Assembly: GCA_965277715.1 (NCBI GenBank)
Contig: OZ255836.1
Span: 3,968,001 to 4,032,000 of the forward strand
Reading direction: 5' to 3'
Source of the DNA: Gammaproteobacteria bacterium
GTDB taxonomy: Bacteria > Pseudomonadota > Gammaproteobacteria > JBCCGL01
Length of the DNA stretch: 64,000 bases
Under the pieces are notes generated by a model. The model did not search any database and was not told the origin of the DNA. It saw nothing but the letters and a program-made list of their open reading frames with translations. This document shows positions 20,928 through 32,104 of the stretch, piece by piece (position 1 is the stretch's first letter; every line of letters begins with the position of its first letter). Position numbers and translations under genes: made by a program.

Positions 20928-20941
20928 TTGATCTGTATCAA
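20928..20941. promoter_or_regulatory. FNR/DNR box upstream of nirK
   Basis: TTGATCTGTATCAA, a perfect TTGAT-N4-ATCAA. Confidence 0.8.
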
Positions 20942-21099
20942 TAGAATTGGGTTTTTAGCAATCGAGATAGAGATCGTCCATGAGTGCTAACAAGCGAAGG
21001 AGGCGTACTCAGAATGCTTGAGCTAAGGCGTTGCTATCGATAAATGTAGCTTTTGGTTGGCAAATACAGCCAAAAGTTACATTAGGGGAGGAGAAACCA

Positions 21100-21124
21100 G
21101 CTACCCCCAAGAATAGGGGGTAGC
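21100..21124 (-). terminator. Hairpin downstream of fhs
   Basis: gctaccccc-aagaata-gggggtagc. Confidence 0.55.
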
Positions 21125-21130
21125 ATTCAA

Positions 21131-21155
21131 CCTAAATTCCTCTGCGGAATTCAGG
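21131..21155. mobile_element. Minimal 25-bp derivative of MITE family A with TTCAA duplication
   Basis: TTCAA-CCTAAATTCCTCTGCGGAATTCAGG-TTCAA. Confidence 0.75.
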
Positions 21156-21171
21156 TTCAAGCAATTTAAAG

Positions 21172-22848
21172 CTAAAACAACCCCTCAACAACGCCCGCAT
21201 CATTAATGCGAATATGATTGGCCGAAGGCACACGCGGCAACCCAGGCATGGTCATAATGTCACCGCAAACCACTACCATAAACTCCGCTCCGGCAGATAA
21301 ACGCACGTCGCGAATCGAGACGGTGTGGCCACTGGGCGCGCCCATCAATGTCTGGTCGGTAGAGAAGCTGTACTGGGTTTTGGCCATGCACACAGGAAAA
21401 TGACCGTGGCCAGCATTTTGAAACCCCTCGATTTTTTGGCGGACCTTGTTGTCGGCAATAATACCTTCAGCCCCGTATAGTTTGGTGGCGATGGTTTCGA
21501 TTTTGTCCCATAGTGGCATTTCATCAGGGTACAGCGGTGCAAACTGGCTGCTGTCACTGTCGGCAATCTCTGCCACCCGGTGTGCCAATGCCTCGGCACC
21601 TGCGCCACCATCCGCCCAGTGCTTACACACAAACGCTTCACTGCCAACAGCGGCGACGGCCTCCTGGATGGCGGCGACTTCCGCCTCGGTGTCACCCGAG
21701 AAGTGGTTGATGCCAACCACAGCCGGTACGCCAAAGCTGTTGACGTTGCTAATATGGCGCAGGAGGTTGGCGCAGCCTTGTTTTACGGCATCGACATTTT
21801 CTGGCCCCAGCTCGGTTTTGGCGACCCCACCGTGCATTTTTAATGCACGCACCGTCGCGACGATGACAACCGCACTTGGCGCCAATCCGGCTTTGCGGCA
21901 TTTGATATCGAAGAATTTCTCAGCACCGAGATCGGCACCAAAACCGGCTTCGGTGACAACGTAGTCGGCCAGGCTCAGTGCGGTTTTGGTGGCGACGACG
22001 GAGTTACAGCCGTGGGCGATGTTGGCAAATGGGCCGCCGTGGATAAGTACCGGGTTGTTTTCCAGTGTTTGTACCAGATTGGGGTGGAAGGCTTCACGCA
22101 GTAATACGGTCATGGCGCCGTGAGCGTCGAGCTGGCGGGCAGTGACGGGCTGCATATCGCGGGTGTGGGCAACGACGATGTTGCCGAGGCGGTTTTCCAG
22201 GTCTTCGAGGTCGCTTGCCAGGCAGAATATGGCCATGACTTCAGAGGCCACGGTGATGTCGAAGCCGTCTTCACGTGGAAAGCCATTACCGGGGCCGCCG
22301 AGCGAGATGGCCGCCTGGCGCAGGGCGCGGTCGTTCATATCGAGTGCACGGCGCCATTGAATGCGGCGGGAGTCGATGTTGAGTGCGTTGCCCCAGTGGA
22401 TGTGGTTGTCGAGCAGGGCGGCGAGCAGGTTGTTGGCGGCACCGATGGCATGAAAGTCACCGGTAAAGTGTAGGTTGATGTCTTCCATCGGTACGACTTG
22501 TGCGTAGCCACCACCCGCCGCGCCACCTTTTACACCAAATACCGGGCCAAGACTGGGTTCACGCAGGGCCATTATGGCGTTTTTGCCGATGCGATTGAGG
22601 GCGTCACCCAGGCCGATAGTGGTAGTGGTTTTACCTTCACCCGCTGGTGTGGGAGAGATGGCGGTAACCAGGATCAGCTTGCCGTCGCGCTGGTTTTCAC
22701 CCAGCTTATCGGTGAGGATTTTTGCCTTGTGAGGGCCAAATTGGTAGAGCGCTTCGGCGGGTATATTGGCTTTGCCAGCAATGCTGTTAATCGACTGCAT
22801 ACTGGCAGCGCGGGCGATTTCTATATCGGTTTTTACTTCGTTGGCCAC
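21172..22848 (-). CDS. fhs: Formate--tetrahydrofolate ligase
   Basis: [49 protein letters not shown]. Confidence 0.97.
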   Translation of the reverse strand: MANEVKTDIEIARAASMQSINSIAGKANIPAEALYQFGPHKAKILTDKLGENQRDGKLILVTAISPTPAGEGKTTTTIGLGDALNRIGKNAIMALREPSLGPVFGVKGGAAGGGYAQVVPMEDINLHFTGDFHAIGAANNLLAALLDNHIHWGNALNIDSRRIQWRRALDMNDRALRQAAISLGGPGNGFPREDGFDITVASEVMAIFCLASDLEDLENRLGNIVVAHTRDMQPVTARQLDAHGAMTVLLREAFHPNLVQTLENNPVLIHGGPFANIAHGCNSVVATKTALSLADYVVTEAGFGADLGAEKFFDIKCRKAGLAPSAVVIVATVRALKMHGGVAKTELGPENVDAVKQGCANLLRHISNVNSFGVPAVVGINHFSGDTEAEVAAIQEAVAAVGSEAFVCKHWADGGAGAEALAHRVAEIADSDSSQFAPLYPDEMPLWDKIETIATKLYGAEGIIADNKVRQKIEGFQNAGHGHFPVCMAKTQYSFSTDQTLMGAPSGHTVSIRDVRLSAGAEFMVVVCGDIMTMPGLPRVPSANHIRINDAGVVEGLF

Positions 22849-23228
22849 AGTGGTTACCTCGGTTGTCTATAAAGGTGAGCGGGGTCAATGGGGTGTGCCT
22901 TAACCGCCCGGTTGATTCTGGTTTTTTAGATTGAAGATTCAAAAAGTGGGTTGCCAAGTGTCCGCAGCCCCCCCGTATATTAACGCTGGCATTATACGTT
23001 TTCAGGTTTTTATATGATTGGTGCTAAAACGCCTGTTTTTTGTGTGGGGCGGCCATAGGGTTTATCAATCAGCCGATTGGTTGGCGATTGGTTGGCGATT
23101 GGGTTTTAGTAAAATATTTTCCGGCACTTTCTACAGCAGGGTGCAGAGGAGGGGGATCCCCTGAAAGACTCGCGTTCTTAGTCGGCATTTTCTAGGCGTA
23201 CTGTTTTTAGCACTTTTTTGGTAGTGAG

Positions 23229-23302
23229 GCATTGTTAACTTTTCCAGGTGTGCCAAGGGCTTTTGCCGGGTTTCATTTTGTTCGGTAACTGCGTTTTCCA
23301 GG
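23229..23302. mobile_element. Degenerate right half of MITE family B
   Basis: acttttccaggtgtgccaagggctt...gcgttttccagg matches 261-320. Confidence 0.55.
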
Positions 23303-23483
23303 TTTAGGTGAAAGAGGATCTGCTTCCAGGCGGCTATCAGGTTTCAGTGTGCCTGGTATTGGCGTAAGCGGGTAACCCCGTGTCGTTTGAGTGCTAGTTT
23401 ATTCGTATTTGACGCCTTAGCATCCGCCGACTGCGGTCGCTATATTGTACCGCTTAGTGAATTTAGCCTTGGAGGTATCAAGC

Positions 23484-24197
23484 ATGTCCGACGAAGAGCA
23501 AATGGATGACGATATTGATTTAGCATCGTTACCCGATGATGAGTTGGTCGAGCAAATGCACGACGATCTTTACGACGGTTTGAAAGAAGAGATCGAAGAG
23601 GGCACGAATATTCTATTGGGCCGTGGTTGGGCCGCAGATAAGGTGTTGGCCGAGGCACTGGTCGGCGGTATGACGATTGTCGGCATCGATTTTCGCGATG
23701 GCATTTTGTTTGTGCCCGAGGTGTTGATGGCGGCCAACGCGATGAAAGGTGGCATGGCCATATTGCGCCCATTGCTGGCGGAAACCGGCGCCGAGTCGGT
23801 GGGCAGTATGGTAATTGGCACGGTGAAGGGCGATATTCACGACATCGGCAAAAACCTGGTGGGAATGATGATGGAGGGCGCGGGCTTTGAAGTGTTCGAC
23901 CTCGGCATCAATAATCCGGTGGAGGATTATCTGGCGGCGCTCGAAGAACACAAACCGGAAATCCTCGGTATGTCGGCGCTGTTGACCACCACCATGCCCT
24001 ATATGAAAGTGGTTATTGATGAGCTTAAAGCCAAAGGCCTGCGTGACGATTATATTGTGCTTGTTGGTGGCGCGCCGCTAAATGATGAATTTGGCCAGGC
24101 GATTGGTGCCGATGCGTATTGCCGCGATGCCGCTGTAGCGGTTGAAACCGCCAAGGCGCTGGTGCTTGAGCGGCGTGAAAAATTAAAATCCGCCTGA
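23484..24197 (+). CDS. Corrinoid (B12-binding) protein of a split methyltransferase system
   Basis: FVPEVLMAA, GTVKGDIHDIGKNLV (DxHxxG), MSALLTTT, VGGAP. Confidence 0.93.
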   Translation: MSDEEQMDDDIDLASLPDDELVEQMHDDLYDGLKEEIEEGTNILLGRGWAADKVLAEALVGGMTIVGIDFRDGILFVPEVLMAANAMKGGMAILRPLLAETGAESVGSMVIGTVKGDIHDIGKNLVGMMMEGAGFEVFDLGINNPVEDYLAALEEHKPEILGMSALLTTTMPYMKVVIDELKAKGLRDDYIVLVGGAPLNDEFGQAIGADAYCRDAAVAVETAKALVLERREKLKSA

Positions 24198-24448
24198 TTG
24201 CACTGCTGTGTTATCCCGAGCACACCGGCTACCTTATATTGACGGGTTCAGCGCAACGCCCAACAAATTAATGTTACACGACGGGTTAGCCCACAGACAC
24301 CCCAGAACTGGGTTGTTTTTACTCACCATAACACCACTATGGCTGCGTAAAAACGCCTTGCTCTGCCACGCTTGTGGGCTAACTGAACCCGACAATAGCA
24401 GGCAGACAGTGTGCTAGTACTTTCTTCCCTGGCTATAAGCATGCAACG

Positions 24449-25147
24449 ATGAACAGCACATCTGAAACGGTGATTATCGCGTGTGGCGCACTGGCACGTG
24501 AAATCACCGCGCTGATAAGCGTCAATAACTGGCAGCATCTGCGCATTGAGTGCCTGCCCGCCAGGTTGCACAACACCCCGCTGGAGATCGCCCCGGCGGT
24601 GCGCGAGAAAATCCATCACCTTCATGGACTGGGCCACACCCGGTTATTTGTCGCCTACGGTGATTGCGGTACGGGCGGTGCACTGGATCGTGTGCTTGAG
24701 GAAGAGGGCATCGAGCGTTTACCGGGGCCACACTGCTACTCTTTCTTTGCCGGTGAGGCGGCGTTTGAAGCGCTGCACAACGCCGAGCTTGGTACGTTTT
24801 ACCTCACCGATTTTCTGGTACGTCACTTTGACCGCCTGATTATTCGCGATATGGGAATCGAAAAACATCCCGAGTTGTTGCCTATGTACTTTGGCAATTA
24901 TAAAAAACTGGTGTACCTGGCGCAGACCGACGATGCGGCACTGCGCGATCAGGCACAACAGGCAGCCCGGCGTTTGGGGCTGGCGTACGAATACCATGCG
25001 ACCGGTTACGGCGGTCTGCATGCCGCATTAAACACGCTGGCCACGCGGCCACCCGACGCTGTTGCCCATCGAACTGCCCACCGGGCTGATCACCAGGTTG
25101 ATCACCAGGCCACTCACCAACAGGAAACCATTACATGGCACGCATGA
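24449..25147 (+). CDS. DUF1638 protein
   Basis: IACGALARE, LHNTP, YGDCGTGG, HCYSFF, TFYLTDFL; typical corrinoid-cluster neighbor. Confidence 0.85.
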   Translation: MNSTSETVIIACGALAREITALISVNNWQHLRIECLPARLHNTPLEIAPAVREKIHHLHGLGHTRLFVAYGDCGTGGALDRVLEEEGIERLPGPHCYSFFAGEAAFEALHNAELGTFYLTDFLVRHFDRLIIRDMGIEKHPELLPMYFGNYKKLVYLAQTDDAALRDQAQQAARRLGLAYEYHATGYGGLHAALNTLATRPPDAVAHRTAHRADHQVDHQATHQQETITWHA

Positions 25148-25434
25148 CCGTTGTTTATTGGCGTGATATTCCCGCGCAAGTCATCGTTAAGCAGGGTCGT
25201 CAATCGGCCAAGGCAAAACTCTCTGAGCGTTTTGAGCACGGTATCGACCGCGCCGCGATGCGGGCGGGCCGTGGCGGCAGTGATGCCTACCTGGAGGATT
25301 GGCGCCGCGAGAATGAAGACTGTGGCAGCGGTGATATGCAGGCGTTGGCGGATGCACGCGCCGCCGGGCTGGAAGCCGAATACGATGCCGTGCGGCTGGA
25401 AAAATTAGTAAAGGCGGGCGGTAACGCTGAATAA
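25135..25434 (+). CDS. Small Virulence_fact-family protein of corrinoid clusters
   Basis: YWRDIPAQV, IDRAAMRAG, DAYLEDWRR. Confidence 0.8.
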   Translation: MARMTVVYWRDIPAQVIVKQGRQSAKAKLSERFEHGIDRAAMRAGRGGSDAYLEDWRRENEDCGSGDMQALADARAAGLEAEYDAVRLEKLVKAGGNAE

Positions 25435-25628
25435 AAGATGTGGATTGTAGGCCATGTCGCCGATACGTATGAAGTAGGCCATTGATGCATAGCATCTGTG
25501 GGCCAAGGTGATGAAAATCCCGTCGGTTTACAACGCAGATTTGTAACCCTAAAAAACGCACTATAGAGAAGCTGAATACCCCCAAATGGATGGATATCCA
25601 TTTGGGGGTATTTTTTGAGGATTTGAAT

Positions 25629-26528
25629 ATGACAGATACAGTGGTCGGCTCCGCCAGTAAAGAGGTGGTTATTGGCTTTGAACGACCGTTTGTGATTATT
25701 GGCGAACGCATTAACCCCACCGGGCGCAAAATTCTCGCCGCTGAAATGAAAGCGGGGGATTACACGCGGGTTGAGGCGGATGCTATCGCACAGGTAAAGG
25801 CGGGCGCGCACATGCTCGATGTCAACGCGGGCATTCCGCTGGCCGATGAACCGGCGATTCTCGCCGAGGCGATCCAGCGTGTGCAGGCGTTGACCGATAC
25901 CCCGCTGTGTATCGATTCCTCGATTGTCGAGGCACTGGAGCGCGGCTTATCGGTTTACAATGGCAAAGCGCTGGTAAATTCAGTGACCGGTGAAGACGAG
26001 CAAATGGAGCGGGTATTGCCGCTGGTGGCAAAATACGGTGCCGCCGTGGTGGCGATTTCCAACGATGAGACCGGCATATCTGAAGACCCAAACGTGCGCT
26101 TTGAAGTGGCGAGGAAAATCGTCAACCGCGCCAGTGATTACGGTATTCCGGCGTGTGATGTGGTGGTCGATCCACTGGTTATGCCTATCGGCGCCATCAA
26201 CACGGCCGGTGTGCAGGTGATGGCATTGATTCATCGCCTGAAACACGAGCTAAAGGTCAACAGCACCTGCGGCGCGTCTAATGTCAGCTTTGGTCTGCCC
26301 AACCGCAACGGCGTTAACTCGGCGTTTTTGACGATGGCGATTGCGGCGGGGCTGACCTCGGCGATTACCAACCCACTGCACGAGGAAGTCCTGCTGGCGA
26401 CACGGGGCGCCGATGTGATGATGGGCCATGACCCCAACTGCGCCCGCTGGATCAGCCATTACCGCGAACCGCCCGCTGAGGGTGCAGAAGGAGGGCGGGG
26501 TAACCGCCGCAGGCGCCGCGCCTCATAG
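25629..26528 (+). CDS. Methyl-THF:corrinoid methyltransferase (pterin-binding)
   Basis: IIGERINPTGRK, LDVNAG, LCIDSS, LVNSVTGE, GASNVSFGLP. Confidence 0.92.
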   Translation: MTDTVVGSASKEVVIGFERPFVIIGERINPTGRKILAAEMKAGDYTRVEADAIAQVKAGAHMLDVNAGIPLADEPAILAEAIQRVQALTDTPLCIDSSIVEALERGLSVYNGKALVNSVTGEDEQMERVLPLVAKYGAAVVAISNDETGISEDPNVRFEVARKIVNRASDYGIPACDVVVDPLVMPIGAINTAGVQVMALIHRLKHELKVNSTCGASNVSFGLPNRNGVNSAFLTMAIAAGLTSAITNPLHEEVLLATRGADVMMGHDPNCARWISHYREPPAEGAEGGRGNRRRRRAS

Positions 26529-26578
26529 CGCTGGCACGGCACGTAATCCACACCACACTCACTGATAGGGGATAGGCA

Positions 26579-26989
26579 ATGGCTGATAACAACATAACCG
26601 GCACAGGCCGTTGCCTTTGCGGGGCGATACGCTATACCGTTCACGGCCCTCTGCGCAAGGCGATCGCCTGTCACTGCAAACAGTGTCAGCGCGCCTCGGG
26701 GGCCTATTTTATGGCCACCAACGCCGCGCTCGACGCGGTGAAAATCGACGACTCGGCGAATACGCTGCAATGGTTTCGCGACCCGGAAGGTGATTGGGCC
26801 GAGCGTGGTTTTTGCAGCCGTTGCGGTTCCAATCTCTTCTGGAAGCGCGATGGTGCGGGCACCTTAAGCATCACCGCAGGCACCCTGGATGACCCCAGTG
26901 GCTTAGAACTGATAAAACATATCTTTGTCGATTACAAAGGTGGTTACTACACAATTAATGACGGCCTACCGCAGCACCCCGAAAGCTGA
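26579..26989 (+). CDS. GFA/CENP-V family protein
   Basis: GRCLCGAIRY, CHCKQCQR, FCSRCGS. Confidence 0.9.
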   Translation: MADNNITGTGRCLCGAIRYTVHGPLRKAIACHCKQCQRASGAYFMATNAALDAVKIDDSANTLQWFRDPEGDWAERGFCSRCGSNLFWKRDGAGTLSITAGTLDDPSGLELIKHIFVDYKGGYYTINDGLPQHPES

Positions 26990-27031
26990 TACAAAGGGGC
27001 TGGAGACTACGGCGCTGGCGAGGGCTTTTAA

Positions 27032-27112
27032 CCTAAATTCCGCAGTTGAATTGTAGCGAGGGCGTCTAAGGTGCTGAAGGTGGTCGCAGTAGACTCAACT
27101 GCGGAATTTAGG
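27032..27112. mobile_element. MITE family A, 81-bp deletion form, TSD TTTAA
   Basis: TTTAA-CCTAAATTCCGCAGTTGA...TCAACTGCGGAATTTAGG-TTTAA. Confidence 0.88.
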
Positions 27113-27143
27113 TTTAAGGCACCCTCTTATCGGAGAATATTGT

Positions 27144-29165
27144 ATGACTGATGACGCGCAAGTCGTGTTTACCCCCTCTGGCCGCCGTGGCCGCTTTGCC
27201 CAGGGCACCTCGGTGCTGGAGGCGGCACGTGCGCTGGGCGTCGACCTGGACTCGGTCTGTGGTGGCCGCGGCCTGTGTGGCCGCTGCCAGGTGATACAGA
27301 GTGTAGGCGAGTTTTCCAAGCACGGTATCAGCTCAAAAAAGACACACCTCTCTGCGTTCAGCCGCACCGAACAAGCCTACGAAAAACGCAATAGCCCACT
27401 GGTCGATGCGCGCAGGCTGGGGTGTTCGGCAAAGATCGAGGGCGATGTGGTGATCGATGTGCCTGCCGACAGCCAGGTACACCGCCAGGTGGTGCGCAAG
27501 CGCGCCGAGGTGCGCGACATCAACGTCGACCCGGTGGTGCGCCTGTATTACGTCGAAGTACAGGAACCCAATATGTACGACCCGACCGGTGATTTCAAGC
27601 GCCTGATCCAGGCGCTTGAATTTGAATGGCGGCTGACCGACCTGCGCTGGGGGGATCTGCGGGTGTTGCAGCGCTTACAGGCAAAATTGCGTGAGGGTGA
27701 GTGGAAGGTCACCGTCGCGGTGCACAACAACAACCAGGTAATCGGTGTTTGGCCGGGGTTTGTCGACCGCGTGTATGGCGTGGCGGTGGACCTTGGCTCG
27801 ACCACCATAGCGGCGCATTTATGTGACCTGTCCAGTGGTGAAGTGCTCGCCTCCGGCGGCGTAATGAACCCCCAAATTCGCTTTGGTGAAGACCTGATGA
27901 GCCGGGTTTCCTATGTGATGATGAACCCGGATGGGGTCGATGAAATGACCCGCGTTGTACGCGCCTCACTGGTCGAACTCACCCGTGAAATTGCCGCTGA
28001 AGCCGGGGTGAAAACCCGCGATATTATGGAGTACACCATCGTCGGCAACCCGGTGATGCACCACCTGCTGCTCGGCATCAACCCCATCGAACTGGGCGGC
28101 GCACCGTTTGCGCTGGCCACCGATGACGCTGTGCGCGTCTGGGCGGGTGAGCTGGACCTCGACATCCACCGCAATGGCCGCGTTTACGTACTACCCTGCA
28201 TCGCCGGGCATGTCGGCGCGGATGCCGCTGCCGTGTTACTCTCTGAGGCGCCGCACCTGCGCGAGGAAGTCTGCCTGATCGTCGATGTGGGCACCAATGC
28301 AGAGATTATTCTGGGCAATAACCGACGCCTGCTGGCGGCCTCCAGCCCCACCGGCCCGGCCTTTGAAGGCGCGCAAATTAGCTGCGGACAGCGCGCTGCC
28401 CCCGGTGCGATAGAGCGTGTACGCATCGACCCTGAAACACTGGAACCCAAATACAAAGTCATCGGTTGCGACTTGTGGTCAACCGATGAAGGCTTTGCCG
28501 AGGCGTCCAAAGTAGTGGGCGTCACGGGAGTCTGCGGTTCCGGGATCATCGAAGTCGTCGCGGAAATGTTCCTCGCCGGGATCATCACCGAGGATGGTGT
28601 GATCGATGGCGCCTGCGCCGGGCGCAATGCCCGTATCCACGCAGACGGGCGCACCTTCTCCTACCTACTACACACGGGCGATGTCGAACTGAAGATCAGC
28701 CAGAACGATATCCGCCAGATCCAACTGGCTAAGGCCGCGCTGTATGCCGGGGTGCGTTTGCTGATGGATCATATGTACATCGATAGCGTCGAGCGGATTC
28801 GCCTGGCGGGGGCATTTGGCAGTCATATCGACGTGAAATACGCCATGGTGCTGGGCATGATTCCCGATTGCAAACTGCAACACGTCACCTCGGCGGGCAA
28901 CGCAGCGGGCACCGGGGCGCGCATCGCCCTGCTGGACAAAAACTCCCGTGAGGAATTGGAATTACTGGTGCGCGATGTAGAGAAAATCGAAACAGCCGTT
29001 GAACCAAAATTTCAGGAACACTTTGTCGATGCGATGGCGATTCCACATAAAACCGCTGCATTTGTCCAGCTTGGCCACGTGGTTAAGTTGCCGCAACCGT
29101 CGGCAAAACCCGCCAGCAACCAGGACGATGATGGGCGTCGGCGTCGGCGCGCACGCAAACGGTAG
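27144..29165 (+). CDS. RACo/RamA-like ATP-dependent corrinoid reactivase (2Fe-2S + ASKHA)
   Basis: CGGRGLCGRC, VDLGSTT, NPQIRFGEDLMSR, DVGTNAE, GPAFEG, GVCGSG. Confidence 0.92.
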   Translation: MTDDAQVVFTPSGRRGRFAQGTSVLEAARALGVDLDSVCGGRGLCGRCQVIQSVGEFSKHGISSKKTHLSAFSRTEQAYEKRNSPLVDARRLGCSAKIEGDVVIDVPADSQVHRQVVRKRAEVRDINVDPVVRLYYVEVQEPNMYDPTGDFKRLIQALEFEWRLTDLRWGDLRVLQRLQAKLREGEWKVTVAVHNNNQVIGVWPGFVDRVYGVAVDLGSTTIAAHLCDLSSGEVLASGGVMNPQIRFGEDLMSRVSYVMMNPDGVDEMTRVVRASLVELTREIAAEAGVKTRDIMEYTIVGNPVMHHLLLGINPIELGGAPFALATDDAVRVWAGELDLDIHRNGRVYVLPCIAGHVGADAAAVLLSEAPHLREEVCLIVDVGTNAEIILGNNRRLLAASSPTGPAFEGAQISCGQRAAPGAIERVRIDPETLEPKYKVIGCDLWSTDEGFAEASKVVGVTGVCGSGIIEVVAEMFLAGIITEDGVIDGACAGRNARIHADGRTFSYLLHTGDVELKISQNDIRQIQLAKAALYAGVRLLMDHMYIDSVERIRLAGAFGSHIDVKYAMVLGMIPDCKLQHVTSAGNAAGTGARIALLDKNSREELELLVRDVEKIETAVEPKFQEHFVDAMAIPHKTAAFVQLGHVVKLPQPSAKPASNQDDDGRRRRRARKR

Positions 29166-29167
29166 GG

Positions 29168-29638
29168 TTGATGCCCGTAGCCATCATCATCAAAGCCACC
29201 GACCCCGCGCTGCCCGCAGCACAGACCCTAATCGCCGGGCTGGATGCCTATCAAGCGCCTATGTACCCTGCTGAGAGCAACCACCTCGATGCGCCCGATA
29301 CACTAAAAGCCCCCAACGTACACTTTCTCGGTGCGTTCCGTTATAACGCAATAATAGGCTGTGGCGCCGTTAAACTGCTCACCGGCTACGGTGAAATAAA
29401 ACGGGTATACGTGCCGCCGCGCAACCGGGGGTTGGGCATTGCAAAAAAACTGATGGCTGCGCTGGAAGGCATCATTATCGAAAGCCACCGACAATGGTCA
29501 CGCCTGGAAACCGGCATACACCAACCCGAGGCGATTGGCCTATACAGTGCGCTCGGCTATCAACACTGCGGCCCCTTTGGTGATTACCGTGAAGACCCGG
29601 TGAGCGTCTTTATGCAGAAAAAACTCACCAGCGATTAA
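29168..29638 (+). CDS. GNAT acetyltransferase
   Basis: GEIKRVYV..RGLGIA, LETGIHQPEAIGLY. Confidence 0.88.
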   Translation: MMPVAIIIKATDPALPAAQTLIAGLDAYQAPMYPAESNHLDAPDTLKAPNVHFLGAFRYNAIIGCGAVKLLTGYGEIKRVYVPPRNRGLGIAKKLMAALEGIIIESHRQWSRLETGIHQPEAIGLYSALGYQHCGPFGDYREDPVSVFMQKKLTSD

Positions 29639-29689
29639 TTCAGGTAGGTATTATTAGCCTCACTGTTTCCTTTCTCTCCCAGAGTGTTT

Positions 29690-30475
29690 ATGTCCCCGTC
29701 CGCTTTTGATCTCGACGCGTTGTGTGTCTTTGCCCATTCACTGGCTGACTACGCACGCACCGTCAGTGGGCAATACTTCCGTCAGGCCTTGCCCATCGAT
29801 GCCAAAAACGATCAAACACCGGTCACCATCGCCGACCGTGAGATCGAGCGCGGTATGCGCGATATAATCGTGGCGCAGTACCCGCAGCACGGTATTTTTG
29901 GCGAGGAATTTGGCGCCGAAAATACGCAGAGCGAACTTGTCTGGGTACTCGACCCCATCGACGGGACACGGAGCTTTATCACCGGCACCCCGACCTTTGG
30001 CAGCTTGATCAGCCTGCTTGAAAATGGCACCCCCGTACTCGGTGTGATCGACATGGCAGCACTGGGTGAACGCTGGCTCGGTGGGCGTGAGCGAAAGGCC
30101 GAGATAAATGGTGAACGCTGTGCGGTGAGCGCATGTGAGGCCGTGCAAAGCTGTCGCCTGGCATCGACCTCGCCGGATATGTTTACCGAAGCCGAGCTGG
30201 GCGGGTTTAAACGGTTGCTGACAAAGACAGCCTTCTACCGCTACGGGGGGGATTGTTACAACTACGCCTTGCTGGCGTCTGGGCATATCGATTTAGTTGT
30301 CGAGGCTGACCTGCAACCCTACGATTACTGCGCACTGGTGCCGGTGGTGGAAAGCGCGGGTGGTTGTATCAGTGACTGGCAGGGCAAGCCACTGACGATG
30401 CAGTCGAGTGGGCATGTTGTGGCATCGGCGACCCAGAAGCTGCACCGCGAGGCCTTGGATATTTTGAATGCTTAA
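29690..30475 (+). CDS. hisN: Histidinol-phosphatase, inositol monophosphatase family
   Basis: PVTIADRE, GEEFG, WVLDPIDGTRSF, YGGDCYNY, QPYD. Confidence 0.82.
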   Translation: MSPSAFDLDALCVFAHSLADYARTVSGQYFRQALPIDAKNDQTPVTIADREIERGMRDIIVAQYPQHGIFGEEFGAENTQSELVWVLDPIDGTRSFITGTPTFGSLISLLENGTPVLGVIDMAALGERWLGGRERKAEINGERCAVSACEAVQSCRLASTSPDMFTEAELGGFKRLLTKTAFYRYGGDCYNYALLASGHIDLVVEADLQPYDYCALVPVVESAGGCISDWQGKPLTMQSSGHVVASATQKLHREALDILNA

Positions 30476-30513
30476 TCGCTGCCGGGTTTATTGAAAATTT
30501 TCACCCTCACCCC

Positions 30514-31797
30514 TCATCCCTCAATCCCAGCAAACGCCTGCCCAGCCAATTCAACAGTCCTATCAATATCCTCTTCACTGTGCGCCGCTGAGACAAAACC
30601 GGCTTCAAATGCCGAGGGTGCCAGGTAACAGCCCGCCGATAGCATGGCATTGAAATAGTGTACAAACCGCTTTACATCACACTGCATGACATCGGCAAAG
30701 CACTGTATCGGCCCCTCGCTAAAAAATACCCCAAACATGCCACCGGCCTGGTTGGTCGTTAATGCGATGCCGGATTGCGCTGCCGCTGTGCGCAGGCCCT
30801 CGGTTAGGCGTGTGGTTTTCATTGTCAGTTGTTCAAAAAAACCTGGTTCGCTGATCAATTCCAGGGTGGTCAAGCCGGCAACCATTGCCACTGGGTTGCC
30901 CGATAATGTGCCTGCCTGGTAGACGGGGCCAAGTGGGGCGATGTGTTGCATAATCTCCCTGCGGCCACCGAATGCACCGACGGGCATACCACCGCCGATA
31001 ACCTTGCCGAGAGTGGTCAAATCCGGCGCGACAGAATAGTGCGCCTGCGCCCCTCCCAAGGCCACGCGAAACCCTGTCATTACCTCATCAAAAATCAATA
31101 CCGCCCCCGCCTTATCGCATACCTCGCGCAGCGTTTCGAGAAAACCTGGCAGGGGGGGCACACAATTCATATTGCCGGCCACCGGCTCGACGATAATACA
31201 GGCGATTTTGTCACCGTGCTGGGTAAAATAGTCGCGCACTTGCTGTGCATCGTTGTAATCCAGCGTCACCGTATGCCCGGCCACTGAGTCAGGTACACCG
31301 GGGGAGCTGGGTACACCTAGCGTCAATGCCCCTGATCCGGCTTTGACCAGCAGCGAATCGGCGTGGCCATGATAGCAGCCTTCAAATTTGACAATGGTGT
31401 CACGCCCGGTAAAGCCGCGTGCCAGACGAATAGCCGACATGGTGGCCTCGGTACCGGAGCTCACCATGCGCACATGCTCTATTGAAGGCATCAGCGTGCA
31501 AACGCGTTCAGCCAATGCCGTTTCCAGCCGGGTGGGGGCGCCAAAACTCAACCCTTTTGCAGCGGTTTCCTGAACTGCCTGGATAACTTTTGGGTGGGCG
31601 TGGCCCAGTACCATCGGCCCCCAGGAACCAACGTAATCGATATAGCGCTTGCCATCGACATCCTCTACATAGGCGCCATTGGCACGTTCGATAAAGACGG
31701 GCGATCCACCAACACTGCCGAATGCCCGCACGGGCGAATTAACACCGCCGGGTATGGAGAGGCTGGCTTGATTGAGCAGCGATTGGGACGCGTTCAT
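30514..31797 (-). CDS. hemL: Glutamate-1-semialdehyde 2,1-aminomutase
   Basis: [55 protein letters not shown]. Confidence 0.97.
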   Translation of the reverse strand: MNASQSLLNQASLSIPGGVNSPVRAFGSVGGSPVFIERANGAYVEDVDGKRYIDYVGSWGPMVLGHAHPKVIQAVQETAAKGLSFGAPTRLETALAERVCTLMPSIEHVRMVSSGTEATMSAIRLARGFTGRDTIVKFEGCYHGHADSLLVKAGSGALTLGVPSSPGVPDSVAGHTVTLDYNDAQQVRDYFTQHGDKIACIIVEPVAGNMNCVPPLPGFLETLREVCDKAGAVLIFDEVMTGFRVALGGAQAHYSVAPDLTTLGKVIGGGMPVGAFGGRREIMQHIAPLGPVYQAGTLSGNPVAMVAGLTTLELISEPGFFEQLTMKTTRLTEGLRTAAAQSGIALTTNQAGGMFGVFFSEGPIQCFADVMQCDVKRFVHYFNAMLSAGCYLAPSAFEAGFVSAAHSEEDIDRTVELAGQAFAGIEG

Positions 31798-31933
31798 TGA
31801 GGTACCTGTGAGACGGTTGCAAAAGTGAATTCTAACTTTTTTTAAGATCAATACCTAAGATGTTCGGAGCATATTCAGCGGATTAATTTAGGGTAAACTA
31901 CACGGCTTTCAAAAAGTAGATATAGAGCAGGCG

Positions 31934-32104
31934 ATGAGCTACAAAAAGTATATGTGCGTGGTATGCGGCTGGATTTACGACGAGGAGGCCGGTGATCCCG
32001 AGGAGGGCCTGGCGCCTGGTACACGGTGGGATGATATCCCCGATACCTGGATGTGCCCGGATTGTGCAGCGGGTAAAGACGACTTTGAAATGGTGGAAAT
32101 TTAA
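31934..32104 (+). CDS. Rubredoxin (56 aa; absent from the ORF track)
   Basis: Manual translation [56 protein letters not shown]. Confidence 0.96.
   Translation: MSYKKYMCVVCGWIYDEEAGDPEEGLAPGTRWDDIPDTWMCPDCAAGKDDFEMVEI

Noticed and set aside
22849-23483. Cobalamin, THF or ZTP riboswitch between fhs and the corrinoid gene
   Set aside because: No conserved core motif recognizable by eye; the region holds a MITE remnant and an 11-bp microrepeat (23072-23104). An Rfam scan would settle it.
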